A program made the position numbers and the translations under genes. From the human T2T-CHM13v2.0 reference genome, Homo sapiens, in NCBI RefSeq assembly GCF_009914755.1, contig NC_060938.1: a stretch of DNA of 64,000 nucleotides; one strand, 5' to 3'. Below the pieces are notes generated by a model. The model was not told the origin of the DNA. It saw nothing but the letters and a program-made list of their open reading frames with translations, and searched no databases. Positions 1-13,807 of the stretch are shown in pieces. Each line of letters begins with the position of its first letter. Position 1 is the stretch's first letter.

Positions 1-794
1 TTGATTTGATTTCACAAAATAAAACATTATCGTATCTGAGTAGCTCTCAGATAGCTAAAAAATGAGTGGTTATGAGTAAGCCTAACAGGTCTATTAAGGA
101 CATGAATGAATAGACCTGTTGAAAGTTGTGTGTGTTTTAATGATTGAATTAGTGGCAACAGATTCTTTCCTGGGTGTAAGAGGTAGGCCCTACTTACATC
201 AGGACAGTCATATTTAGGCAAGGAGCAAATCTCAGATTCATAGACTAGGACAATCAGTATCAGATATCTAATAAGGGAAAACAAGATTTCTAGAATAATA
301 AAATGGTATAACTATATTACCCAAGTGCTAATTATTACTTACATCAGAATAGCTTTTAAAGATAGCTTTTAAAAATGTGCTTTTGTCTCAGAGCAGAAGA
401 GATTTTCAAATAAATGTCATCCTTCAGCTCTTCCAGTAATATGGAGACTCTAAGCATTTATTCAGGTCACTTGCCATATGTCCAGCTGATCATAAGCTCT
501 TTGGGTGGTGAACTGATGTGACCTGGCTTACTAGCAGCTATTATCTTAGTCCTGCTGTGACTAGGCTTCAGACAGACTCTTTACATACCATTTGGGGGTT
601 AGAAGCCAGTGAATATGGGAGATAGGCAACTTATTGCTAAGCTGTATAAATAAACATGTTAATTTATGTGTATGTGCAACATTACCTTCCTTGGTATGTG
701 CTTCCTCTTATAATTTGTCTCTATTCATCCTCAGGGTATGATGTAGTGTTTATTTTTAAGTTGAATGTCTAATTCTTAAAATTGCTATTTGTAG

Positions 795-882
795 GTTGGG
801 AATGTATCGTGAAGCAGAAAAACAGTTTAAATCAGCCCTGAAGCAGCAGGAAATGGTAGATACATTTCTGTACTTGGCAAAA
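795..882 (+). CDS. TTC8: TTC8 coding exon (88 nt; probably exon 9 of the 15-exon form): (R)LGMYREAEKQFKSALKQQEMVDTFLYLAK
   Basis: tttgtag|G acceptor and AAA|gtaagt donor; translation matches the recalled TTC8/BBS8 TPR region; phase 2 in, phase 0 out. Confidence 0.96.
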
Positions 883-1271
883 GTAAGTAAATCTTAATTT
901 GAGTGAAATCTGCCTTCTCAGAATAAATGTTTAAATTCTGGCCATTGCATGGGGAGAGTAAACAGCTTCTTCAGGAATATTTGGCAAGTTACTATGTTTA
1001 GATTTAACTTGTTTTTCTTTACAGCAAGGGAAAAAATGAGAACGTATAGAGGGTAACTGTCTCATAAGAAATTGATTGCCATGAAAAATAAGAAGACCCA
1101 TTTGAAAGATTGCCCATTAGGACAGGAGAAAATACCATAGGCTCACTACTCGCATAGGTAACAGGCCCCAATGAGGCCTTATTTTCTACAGTACCTTTGT
1201 ATCCCACTTGGGCAGGTAGTAGAGAACAGGGACTGTTTTTACTTAGGTTCCTAGTTACTCGGCTGAGGCAT

Positions 1272-1515
1272 AATAATAAAAATAATACTTCACCTTTATT
1301 GATCACCTACTCAGTGTAAAACATTTTATCATGTTCATTATATATACAGTTTAACCCTCACAATAACCCTGCAAAGGTGAGTTTTATCATTTCCTTTATA
1401 CTCTTAAGGAAAATTAAATTTAAAGAGGGGTAAGTTTTTCAGGGTCCCTTGGTGGTTAGGAGTTAGCATTCAGATCCAGGTCTTTCTGACTCCAGACCTA
1501 GTCACTGCTGCAGTG
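1272..1515 (-). mobile_element. MIR SINE
   Basis: ccctcacaataaccctg...cagatccaggtctttctgactcca core. Confidence 0.65.
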
Positions 1516-1540
1516 CCACCTGCAGCCACAGCAGAAATGA

Positions 1541-1867
<327 letters not shown>

Positions 1868-2203
1868 AGAATTTTCAATAGTGGAGTAAAGTTACTTCTT
1901 GACCCTCACCAAGGCTACTTTGAAAGAAAAACACAAGTGGTGGTGATGACATGATTTTGCTTTATCTGTTAGAGTTTCTTAAATTAAAAAATGTGGTAAA
2001 GGAGATTCAAAAGAAGATGAGATATAAAAGGAAGTGCTACTAGTTCCTAAATATGGGAATAAAAATTAACATATGAAAAGCAAAATGAAAGTTATATAAA
2101 TTTACTGTGCTAGTCTTAGTATGTTTTAATGACTTTCAAAAATGTTTGAAACTATCTGGTATCTAACTTTATCTTCTATATGTGATATATTCAACTTAAA
2201 CAA

Positions 2204-2506
2204 TTTTTTTTTTTCTGAGTAGGGGTGTCACTCTGTCACCCAGGCTGGAGTGCACTGCCATTATCACGGCTCACTGCAGCCTTGACTTCCCAGGCTCAGG
2301 CGATCCTCTCCTCTCAGCCTCCTGAGTAGCTGGGACCACAGGCCACCATGCCTGGATAATTTTTTTTTTTTTTTTTTTTTTTTTTTTGGTAGAGATGGAT
2401 TCTTGCTGTGTTGATAGGCTGGTCTCAAACTCCTGGCCTCAAGCGATCCTCTGGCCTCAGCCTACCAAAGTGCTAGAATTACAGGTGTGAGCCATCATGC
2501 CCAGCT
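2204..2506 (-). mobile_element. AluJ with an expanded central T tract
   Basis: J-type diagnostics (cactgcagccttgac, ggctcaggcgatcc); long T run at ~2360-2387. Confidence 0.9.
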
Positions 2507-2796
2507 TACACTTAAAGTCTTAAAGAAGTTTCTGTGCATCATAGTAAACTTTTTGGAAAGAGCTTGAAATTAAGGCTCAAGTCACACTATTTGACTATCA
2601 TCTTAATTGATAATCACTATGTTGTTGAAAAAATATGCTTTTTATTTAACTCTTGTTAAATACATGGCTTCACCTGTTTTTCCATAAATTGATTTGTTTA
2701 TTATTCCCTACACAACTATATAGAGGTAGAATATACAGTTTTTCTTTAATGTATGAATGGATGGTTATTATGTAATAGAGATCAAGCAGATTTTTG

Positions 2797-3256
2797 TTCT
2801 ATCACAATGACACATGCATGCATATGTTCATTGCAGCACTATTCACAATAGCAAAGACATGGAATTAACCTAAATGCCCATCAGTGGTAGACCGGATAAT
2901 GAAAATGTGGTACATATACACTATGGAATACTATACAGCCATAAAAAAGAATGAGAGCATGTCCTTTGCAGGAACATGGATGGAGCTGGAGGCCATTATC
3001 CTCAGCAAACTAACACAGGAACAGAAAACCACATACCTCATGTTCTCACTATAAGTGGGAGCTAACTGATGAGAACACATGGACACATAGAGGGGAGCAG
3101 CAGACACTGGGGCCTCCGAGAGGGTGTAAGGAGGGAGAGGAGCAGAAAAAATAACTAATGGGTAGTAGGCTTAATTCCTGGGTGATGAAATAATCTGTAC
3201 AACAAACTCCCCATGATATGAGTTTACCTATATAACAAGCCTGCACATGTACCCTG
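2797..3256 (+). mobile_element. 5'-truncated L1 (old L1PA/L1PB) 3' end
   Basis: gcactattcacaatagcaaagacatgg...ctgcacatgtaccctg. Confidence 0.9.
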
Positions 3257-3367
3257 GTGGCTCATGCCTGTAATCCCAGCACTTTGGGAGGCTGAGGCTG
3301 GAGGATTGCTTGAGTCCTGGAGTTCGAGACCAGCCTGGACAACATAGTGAGACTCATCTCTAAAAAA
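3257..3367 (+). mobile_element. Alu left monomer (FLAM/AluJ-like)
   Basis: gtggctcatgcctgtaatcccagc...gagactcatctctaaaaaa. Confidence 0.85.
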
Positions 3368-3615
3368 TATATATACATATGAAATTCAATATATATTTAA
3401 TTTATATAAAAATATAAGATTATATAATTATAAACATATAAAAATAATATAAATATATAATCATATATAATATAAATATATTATATATTATATAATATAT
3501 AATATAATATAAATATAATAACTATATAGCATGTTTATTATAATGTATACTATATATAGTAATATAATATAAATATTTTTATATAATATATATTTACATA
3601 TGTTGTATATGTGTA
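3368..3615. repeat. Degenerate (AT)n low-complexity tract
   Basis: Almost pure A/T with TATA repeats. Confidence 0.9.
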
Positions 3616-4414
3616 AAGGAAAGAGATCAAGCAGATTTTAGGAACATTGCTTTTTAAAGTTCTTAATTGTTAATTTAAAAATTAAACCTTTTAGATTATG
3701 TAAATACTAATTATATATTATTTGTTATATTTTTAAAATATAGAACTTGTACAGTCAATAGTGTATAAGGTAAAAACTGAAAAGTTATTATCCATACCTC
3801 TCTCTCTCATCTCAAACTTTAATGATAAATACTTTAGTTTTCTATTGTATCCCTTTGGATTTTTTCTCAAAGCACACCCTTACTGTTTAGAAAGTGGATC
3901 CGAAAATCATGGAAAAAAAGTGTCATAATCTTATGTTGCCATACATAAAATAATAATACTGTTTTAGAAATTCCTATTAAGTATATGGTTTACTCATGCT
4001 AATGTTCTAATTGCTAATGAAGTGGAAGCCATTAAGTGCTAACTTGCTTTACTCCCTGACCTCACAAACCTGTGTCCTCTCTTGTTTTGGAAAGGCCTGT
4101 CCACTGCCTATCTCTCTCAGGCCTTGTTCCATGGGTCATCTCCTCTTTATTCAGCATCTTTAACCTCAGTCTCCTAATTGGTTTCTTAATGCCAGCCTAT
4201 AGACATAATCATACCTGTTCTATCCTAAAAAGATTTTCCCTTGATTCTTTCTTGTCTAGTTACTATTGCCAGTCTCTGGCAATAGTAAACTCACAGTAAG
4301 CATTTGTTAGAGAATAAATGAATGAATGCTTTATGTATAACATGTGGAGATAAAACTATAATGTCATTATTGAAAATTAATCCTGCACATTTTTGAAAAT
4401 TCTTTCTTCTTCTT

Positions 4415-4718
<304 letters not shown>

Positions 4719-4826
4719 TAATGTAATATCTAGGAGATAATTTGTTACTAATCAATAATTATAAATGTCATAACAAATATTAATTTTAAGAACCTATACT
4801 TTTATTGAAATGTATCTTGTTTTTAG

Positions 4827-4937
4827 GTTTATGTCTCATTGGATCAACCTGTGACTGCTTTAAATCTTTTCAAACAAGGCTTAGATAAGTTTCCAGGAGA
4901 AGTAACCCTGCTCTGTGGAATTGCAAGAATCTATGAG
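4827..4937 (+). CDS. TTC8: TTC8 coding exon (111 nt): VYVSLDQPVTALNLFKQGLDKFPGEVTLLCGIARIYE
   Basis: ttgtttttag|GTT acceptor and GAG|gtaatt donor; in frame with the previous exon. Confidence 0.96.
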
Positions 4938-4947
4938 GTAATTCATG

Positions 4948-5995
4948 TTATTATTATTATTATTTATTGATACACAATAGTTTTACATATTTTTGTGGTA
5001 CATGTGATATTTTAATTCCTGTATACAATGTGTAATGATCAAATCAGGGTAATTGAGTTATCTATCACCTCAAACATTTATCTTTTCTTTGTTTTGGGAA
5101 CATTACAATTCTTTCCTAGCTATTTTGAAATATACAATAAATTATTGTTAACCATAATTTCCCTACTGTACTATCAAATAGAACTTATTCTTTATGTCTA
5201 AATATTTTTGTACCCCTTAACCAACTTCTCTTCATCCTCCAGTCTCCCCACACCCTTCCTAGCCTCTGGTAACCATAATTTTACCTTTTACCTCCATTAG
5301 ATCCACTTTTTTAGCTACTGCATGAGTGAGAACATGCGGCACTTTTCTTTCTGTGCCTGGCTTATTTCACTTAACATAATGACTTCCATTTCCATTCATG
5401 TTCCTACAAATGACAGGATTTCATCCTTTTTTATGGCTCAATATTGCTTTATTGTGTCTATATACCACATTTTCTTTATCCATTCATCCACTGATGGACA
5501 CTCAGGTTGATTCCACATCTTGGCTATTGTGAATAGTGCTGCAATAAACATGGGATATCTCTTTGATATACAGATTTCCTTTCTTTTGGGTATATATTCA
5601 GCAGTGGGATTGCTGGATCATATGGTAGGTCTATTTTGAGTTTTTTTGTGGAACCTCCATACTGTTTTCCATAACAACTATACTACTTTACATTCCCATC
5701 AACAGTGTATGAGCATTCATTCCCCTGCCTTCACATCCTTGCCAGCATTTGTTATTTTTTTGTCTTTTTGATGATAGCCGTTCTAACTGGGGTGAGATGA
5801 TATTTCACTGTGGTTTTGATTTACATTTCCCGGATGATTAGTAATGTTGAGCATGTGTTCATATACCTGTTGGCCATTTGTATGTCTTCTTTTGAGAAAT
5901 GTCTATTCAAGTCTTTTGTCCATATTTAAATTGGATTGCTTGTTTTCTTGTTTAGTTATTTGAGTTCTATATTCTGATAATCCTTTCTTGGATGG
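4948..5995 (-). mobile_element. L1MA-type 3' end, antisense to TTC8
   Basis: (tta)n tail, then gatacacaatag...aatgatcaaatcagggtaattgag...gagaaatgtctattcaagtc. Confidence 0.88.
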
Positions 5996-6128
5996 TGTAT
6001 TAGGTGATTCTTGCATTGCTATAACATTGGTATAAGAATGGACAAACAATCCAGTGGAACAGAATAGAAAGCCCCAAAATGTATCTTCCACAAATAGACA
6101 AAAATTGATACTGACATTACATTCCATT

Positions 6129-6144
6129 CTCTCTCTCTCTCTCT

Positions 6145-6204
<60 letters not shown>
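6129..6204. repeat. Compound (CT)n(AT)n microsatellite forming an Alu tail
   Basis: Directly visible. Confidence 0.95.
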
Positions 6205-6207
<3 letters not shown>

Positions 6208-6420
6208 GAGATGGGTTCTCACTCTGTTGCCCAGGCTGGATCGCAGTGACGTAATCATAACTCACTGCAGCCTCCAAATTCCTAGGCTCCAGTGATCCTA
6301 CGTCAGCCTCCTGGGTAGCTGGGACTACAGGCTTGTGCCCCCATGTCCAGCTAATTTTTTTTACTTTTTGCAGAAATGGGATCTTACTTTGTTGATCAGG
6401 CTGGTCTCGAACTTCTGGCA
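6205..6420 (-). mobile_element. Truncated AluJ
   Basis: gagatgggttctcactctgttgcccaggctgg...ggtctcgaacttctgg. Confidence 0.88.
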
Positions 6421-6801
6421 TCATGCTTATAAATTTTAGAGTCATGTCGTCAAATTCTATGAAAAGTCCCATTGAGATATCTTCCCTGCTATCTAATTAT
6501 TGTAGTTTTACAATAATTCATGATATCAGGTTGGGCAAATTCTACCACCTTTTTCTTCTTGTTTACAGTTGGTTTTCCTGGCCCTTTGCTCTTCCATATT
6601 GATTGTAGGATTGGCCTATCAAGAGCCATAAAAATCCCTGGAAGCATATTGATTGGAATTACATTGAGTGTGTGAATGATGGGGAGGGGGTGGGTGGGCC
6701 GCCTGTCTTCCCATTCTCCATCATGATATAACTCTCCATTTACCTAGGTCTTTTTTTTGTTCTTCAGCAAATATTTTGTAATTATCTCCAGAAAGATGGT
6801 G

Positions 6802-7331
6802 TGTTGAGGGTCCCCCAAACCACGCTGAGATTCAGTGATTTACTGGGACTCATAGTACTCAGCCAGCAGTTGTACTCACTGCTATGATTTATTTCAGCAA
6901 AAGGATACAAAGCAAAATTAGTAAAAGGAAACAGCTCTTGGGGCAAAGTTCAGAGGAAACCAGGTACAAGCTTCCAAGAGCTCCCTCCCAGTGGAGTCAC
7001 ACAGGACACACTTAATTCTTCCAGCAGCAAGTTGTGACAACTCATGAGAAGTGATGTCTACCAGGGAAGCTCATTAGAGACTCTGTATCCATGGTTACTA
7101 TTGGGTGCTGGTCATATAATCACACACTGTTTATCACACAACAAAGACTCCCAGAAGTAAACAGGCATTCAGCACAAACCACACTGTTTACGCAAACAGG
7201 TTAGGTGTAGCAAGCTACGCTTATCATCTGGGGAAATTTCATATCAATGTAGAGAACCAGCCAAATTCCCAGATACAGGCCTTTCTAAGAATAGTGGTCT
7301 CAGGCCTGCTATGTTAACTTTTTTCTATGCA
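6802..7331 (-). mobile_element. Solo LTR, MER68/MER21/MER77 group, inserted in old L1
   Basis: Reverse complement starts tgcatagaaaaa..gttaacatagcaggcctgagac; TG..CA ends; GGTG flanks both sides. Confidence 0.75.
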
Positions 7332-8811
7332 GGTGTATTCCTACGTATAAGTATGAATGGAATCCTTAATTTTTTCTCTTCTATTTTCTATTTGATTACT
7401 TCTGGCAGATAGGAATGTATTACTTTTTAAAACTTTTTTTGATACTAGCAACTCTTTAAATTGTAAGATCTTGTTCATAGGTCCTCTTGGATATTCTAAG
7501 TAAATAAAACAATCATCATTTGCAAATACAGATGGTTTCATCTCTTCCTTTCAATTATTTTACCACTTTTAAAAATATGTCTTACTGCTTAGGGCTTCCA
7601 ATATAATATTGAACAGACATATCTCTGTTTTCTTGAAATTCCTTGAAAATGCTAGGTATGATATTTTGAAATCATTTTGTTAGAAAAGAATGGAATATAT
7701 TAATAGCTTCTATACCTAGGTGATAGTATATGAATTTTTTTTATACTTTCTGTATTTTCTAGATTTTCCATAATAAACATGTATTACTTTCAAAATAAAA
7801 GTATTTTAACATTGTCTAGAAAAACTATGATTTCCTTTTGAAATGTAATTTTTATAAATGTATAAATAGAAGCCTTTGATCAATCAATGAAAATATTCTG
7901 GACTCTAAATTGAGTATGAATAAAACTTTGACCAACAACCTTAACCAGTGGAATTCATGCTTGTTCCAATGGTAACTATGCCAGTGCAGTTGGAGCTCTG
8001 ACCTTTAGGCCCTTGCCTTCTGCTCATTTCAGCCCTTTTGCCCTTCTCTTCTTAGACAGGAAGTGCTAGCAGAAAGAGCTAGAGAACTATCACATCTTTA
8101 TTGCATGGTTGCTGGTGGGAAGAATTCCTTCCAAGCCTCTGTTACAGTCACTGTTGCTGTGGCTGTGATACGGAGTAGCTCTGGAGTGGATTCCTTTTCT
8201 CAACCTTTCCCTGCTCTAAGTTGACTGTACACTTGAAGGAAGAAAGAAGTGGAGAGGAAAGCATCTTAGCTGTAGGGACAATCATGCACAAATAGAGTGA
8301 TCAAGGACTAAGCACAGATTTGAAATAGTTGGTGGCAGTATTTCTGTCTTTTGCCTTGAATTTGCATAGCTAATTTCCGTTATGTAAAGGTTTACCACAC
8401 CAAAGTCAGATTTCCAGTGTATTCTTTTTCTCTTCATGTGACAATAGATGTCCAGTTAATCAGTAAATTGGTTTTAGCACCGCAGCCTGCACTGTGTGTG
8501 CCTTTAGGGTTTTTGTTACATACATCATGCTTGGCCCTGGCTGGAGGGATTCCATTCCTTTATGTTCTCTTCTTTTTTTTATCTTTCATTGTTGAAGATA
8601 TCTTTTAAATATTGTCTATTTTAGGATGAATATGTTGAACTGCTTATTGTTCATTGTTTAAAATGATTTATCCTTGCCAGATTTCTTTGTTGGTGGTTTC
8701 AGTTTTTCTTGAGGTATTTTGTTTATTCATTTCAAAGACAGGTCTTAATTTTAGCCATTCTTTGTTGAAAGGCATTTGCAATTAAAAACCTTACCCTGGA
8801 AATGTTATTCT

Positions 8812-8982
8812 AGAGGTCTTCAAACTTTACTGTGTATGAAATTACCTTGGGAGTGGATGGGAAGTATGACCCATCCTCTTCCTCTGAATCAGAAGTCCTG
8901 GAAGGTGGGACTCAGGCATCTGGATTTTTAGCAAGCCCACTAGGTGATTGATTCTGTTGCAGAACAAAATTTGAAAACTACT
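8812..8982. mobile_element. MER5-type hAT DNA transposon fossil
   Basis: tcttcaaact...tgaatcagaa...tttgaaaactactg termini. Confidence 0.65.
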
Positions 8983-9017
8983 GCAGCATTCATTTTCTGC
9001 AGTTGTTTAATTTTATT

Positions 9018-9300
<283 letters not shown>

Positions 9301-9479
9301 ATTTAAAAATCTAATTAAAGATTTTGTGTCTACATTTTGTGAATTGGATCAAAAATAACCACTAAAAATCACTTGATACCAAATTTATTATATACTTGCA
9401 ATGGCATTTATATACTTGAAAATGTAATTTTAAGTCTACATTAATAAAATCTATTCTAGAACTAGTAAAATTTAAACAA

Positions 9480-9987
9480 CTCTGATAAAGGAATAAAGAA
9501 AATAGAGTCAATGTGTGTTCATATATATGAAAATTTAAGATGTGAGAAAGATAGCCTATTAAGCCAATTGCATTACTTGGTTATTTAATAAATAGTTTAA
9601 AAATAGAGCTGGATGAGTAATGATTTATACTATTAATTACTGCCAGATTTAAAACTTTAAAAATTTAAAACTTCAAAAAATGATACCCTGAAAGTTCCAG
9701 AAGAAAACACAGATGAATTATTTGTATAAATTGGAATGAGGACGATTTTTCTAATCATGACACAAAGTCAAAAAGCCATAATAGCAAAGATTGATAAATT
9801 TGAGAATGTAAAAGTTAAATTTTCTAAATGGCAAAAACAAAAAATAGAAACCAAACCCATATACAACAAAACAAAAGATAAAAATATCAAACAGGGAAAA
9901 TAGTTGGCATACCTGGGACAGACAAAAGACTGCTTTTGATTTCCTCAAACTACACATTGCTTAAAAATTGCTGAAAATGGGAGATTT

Positions 9988-10030
<43 letters not shown>

Positions 10031-11270
10031 CAAATTCTCATCTATTTAGTCAAGAATGTAAACATGGAAACGAGGTATTTCCATGTCATGGTGTGGCTTT
10101 TCCTTAGGCTCTTGTTTCCTTTCAGCCTACACAGTGGCCATTGACCCTCTCTGTGAAAGTAAAATCACCACAGAGATGAGACAACAACCAAGTTCCAGCT
10201 GCATTGACTATACCGCCCCCCTTTTGTACTTAGGGCTTGGTGACACCTATTTGGAAGAACTTAATTAACCATCTATACTTTTCCTCTGAAGAGAATGTTT
10301 ATAAACACTGAGCCTTCCTGTGTTGTTGAACTATGGTCAACATCAACACGGGCTCTTTTCATCTGGAATAGAACACAGTCAGTGCCCAGGGATTCTTGAG
10401 CCACACCTCAGCCTCCAGCTCTCCTGTGTCCAGGAGGGCAGTGTTCCACCCAAGACTCCCATACACACAATCGTGGAGGGACAAAAGATAGGATAGGATA
10501 GAAGAACAGACAAAAAATATGAATTGGCAGTTCACTGAAAGAGAAATATAAATAATATCTGATGTGTTAAATGCCTAACCTCTGTCATAATTAAAGATAT
10601 AAAAAACTAAAACAACAGTGATAAGCCATTTTTCACTCAATCAGATCAGCAAAGATGAAGAAGTTCTATGTTATCTAGGGTTGCCAAGGGTGTAGAGAAA
10701 CAAGCTCCATGTATGAACATTTGGAAGTTGTTTGCAATTATTGATGATATTTTAAAATGTGCATGCTCTTTGACCTGGCCATATTACTTCTAGGAATTTT
10801 CCTTAAGGATATTTTCATACAAGTGCACAAAGATCTGTACAAAGATGTTTTTATAGCATGTTTTTTGGTTAAAAAAAGGAAACATATGCTTGAACAAAAA
10901 GGGACTGGTTTAATAAATTATGGTCTCTGTATTGATGGAACACTATGCAGAAGTATTATTTAAAAATATGAAGTAAAGCTTTTGGTTTTGATATGGAAAG
11001 AGTCAAGACACTGAGAGTGAAAAAATAAACTGTATATTAGAATGTATAGAATGATTCTGTTTATGGTTAAAATATGCACACCCATATGTATGCTTATGTA
11101 TGAACAAAATTTCCTGAACAATACTCAAGAAGCTATTAACAGAGCCTCTGCCTACTACAATTTGGGGATGGGGCATTTACTTTTAATTTTGTACCGTTTT
11201 GTAAGGTTTACATTTATTTAGTATAAGCACATATTTTATAAGTTTATAAAACTTAATTGAAAACCTACAT
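9480..11270 (+). mobile_element. Fragmented ancient L1M (ORF2 end and 3' UTR)
   Basis: A-rich; agaagaaaac, aaagattgataaatt and ttacttctaggaatttt motifs. Confidence 0.55.
9990..10032. repeat. (CA)n microsatellite
   Basis: Directly visible. Confidence 0.95.
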
Positions 11271-12168
11271 ACGAGGTTGTCAGTACAATAGGTGTTTCAG
11301 TCTAAAATTCCTCGAGATTACATAAATTAATTTCTGTGTCCATTAATTAAGTATACAAGTATTCAAAAGTAATTTTATAGAACCCAAAGTCTTGAACCAA
11401 CTGGCTTATTGAGGCTTGAGCCTTCTTTGCATTGGGCGTTGCCACCTTTGGAAGCTGTAACACTGAAGCCTAGCACTGTGGGATGCTGTTGGCTTTGAAA
11501 AAGAATTTCAAATATAAAGCACATGAAGAAATATATATAAAACATAGATTTGGGTCAACTGGTGAATGTTTTGTTAGGGTTTTATGGGACTGATAAGTTA
11601 CATCCCTGTTCTCCATGTTGAGAACCAACTGAGAGAGAGATACAAGATTTCGACAAATAGAGGTCAGACCATTAGCTTGATTACAGATAAAAGCAGAAGT
11701 GGAGCTTTTGGCTTTAGACCTATGCTCAAAAGGACTTAACAACCTTCTCGCTCTGGGTTAAACAGACTAATCTACCCTGTCACAAACATAGTTGTACCAA
11801 CCTACAGACTTTCTCCACTCAGAAGAGCTTATTATTTTTCATAAAAATGTTATGTATGTGAACATGTAATAGGTTTATTTTGTGTTATTTAGAATGAATT
11901 AATAAGTAAATGTTTAAAGATAGCTCAGTTGCAATTTCTAATATTAATCTATATAACTTACATAAACAAAACTTCTTCTCAGCAATTTTTAACAGTTTAA
12001 AAGGAATCTTAGACCAAAACGTTTGAGAACCTCTGTTCTAATGGAAACATGGGAAGCTAAGAACATTTTTTAGAGTTGTTTAATTCTTGTTTATTAATTT
12101 TTCAGTTTCTAGAACACTAAATTTTGTGCTAAGAAATGGCACATATGATCTTGCTTTAAAGGAATTTA

Positions 12169-12690
12169 CCATATTTCATGGACTCTAAAAACACATTTTT
12201 TTTCACATTTTAACATCTCTGAACTTGAGATACATCTTAAAATGGATAGCATCTTTTTATGGCCAAGTGGCAGTTGCCATGTAGTTGTCATAGTCTGTTT
12301 ATATGGAAACTTGGGTAATTACTCTTGGGAGCATGGTGAACCTGGTAATTATTACTGGTTGTAGCCTGAAAGCTTTTGTTGACACCTGCTGGTAAGATCA
12401 AGAAAATCAAGAAAACACAGGTATCAGCATAGCAGAATGACTGTCCATAGGTTGGAAGAAAATCTTGGAGACAATAGTGGAGCACTTTTAAGAAATATTA
12501 AAAGTGGATTTTAAATGTTCTTACCACAAAGTATGCAAAAGAGTGATCTGTGATGCAATCTGTGTATGAGTATGTCTAAATATCAGTGAGGATCAAATAA
12601 AAATTCTGTTTAAAAAAAGCACTGCATGGTGCTTCTTAACAATCAGTAGAGTCTCTTATATTTGATATGATTAAAATTTAATGAAAAGTA
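12169..12690. mobile_element. TcMar-Tc2 (MER104/Kanga-like) DNA transposon fossil
   Basis: ccatatttcatggactctaa..cacattttttttcacattttaacatctctgaa resembles the recalled MER104/Kanga terminus. Confidence 0.55.
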
Positions 12691-13029
12691 TGAGTCCTTC
12701 TCTAATGAGAACAAGTTCACATAATAAACACCATGTAAGTTGAGAGGTAGAAGACAGCTATGTGAAGTGAAGGCATTAGGGAAATCTTCATGAAGGATGT
12801 GGAGCCTGAACAGGGCCTTGAAGGTGGACTTGAGAAATATAACATTCATTGATAACATTAGATGCATACATTTATGATTATCAGTATTTTAGAAAGAATA
12901 TATAATAACTGTAGAAGGTTTATTTAGTTTTTCATTTTGTATGTATTTCTAAGCTTGGTCTTGGTTGCTGTCTTTTCTTTCCTGGACTTTTGATCTTCCT
13001 GCTACCACTCTTTCCTATTTTGGTATGTC

Positions 13030-13592
13030 TAGCATGCAGCAGTCAAGTTATTCTTTCAAAATGCAAATATGATTGTTATTCCTCTCCTAATGGATTTCTC
13101 TCAACTAGAAAAAAAAAAATCTGAAGTTCTCACCGTGGCTTACAAAGGCCCTGGCTGCCTCTCATCTCCTTTTGTGCCACTTTCCCTCTTCCCAGCCTCA
13201 TTTACCTTCGTGTGGTTCTTCATATGTGACAAGCACGTTCCCCTCTCAGGCTCATACATTTGCTCTTCCCTCTGCCCAGAGTGAGCTTCCCCCAGATATG
13301 CTCAGGGCTTGATCCTTCACTTCACTCAGGTCTTTTCAAATAGCACCTCCTCCAAAGTGGCCCCTTCCGCCACCCCTTCTGAAGCACACTCTCCCTGCTC
13401 TCTCTCTCCTTCTCTGTTTCTCTTCACAGCACTTAACCTTCTCTTATATTACATATTTGTTTGCCTTTCATACCAGATGTCACCTCCCTGAGGACAGTGA
13501 CTTTCTCTTTTTGTTCATATTGTATCCCCAGGGTCTAGAATGGAGTCTGGCACATGGTAGCCTCTCAATAAATACTTATTGAATGAATGGAC
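13030..13592 (+). mobile_element. L2 3' end
   Basis: Ends ctcaataaatacttattgaatgaatgga. Confidence 0.8.
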
Positions 13593-13667
13593 TTAAATCA
13601 GTCAGAAAAAAATAATTTTTTGTCCAATATTAATAAAATATTGCTCTTCTCTCTTGATGGAGAATAG

Positions 13668-13807
13668 GAAATGAACAATATGTCATCAGCAGCAGAATAT
13701 TACAAAGAAGTTTTGAAACAAGACAATACTCATGTGGAAGCCATCGCATGCATTGGAAGCAACCACTTCTATTCTGATCAGCCAGAAATAGCTCTCCGGT
13801 TTTACAG
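13668..13807 (+). CDS. TTC8: TTC8 coding exon (140 nt): EMNNMSSAAEYYKEVLKQDNTHVEAIACIGSNHFYSDQPEIALRFY(R)
   Basis: aatag|GAA acceptor and CAG|gtgcac donor; frame continuity; TPR-like sequence. Confidence 0.95.

Noticed and set aside
883-892. Overlapping second donor (+4, gtaaat)
   Set aside because: Inherent to GTAAGT donors, weaker and frameshifting; no supporting evidence
5903-6472. 189-aa minus-strand ORF
   Set aside because: Alu plus (AT)n read-through (IYIY repeat); no gene context
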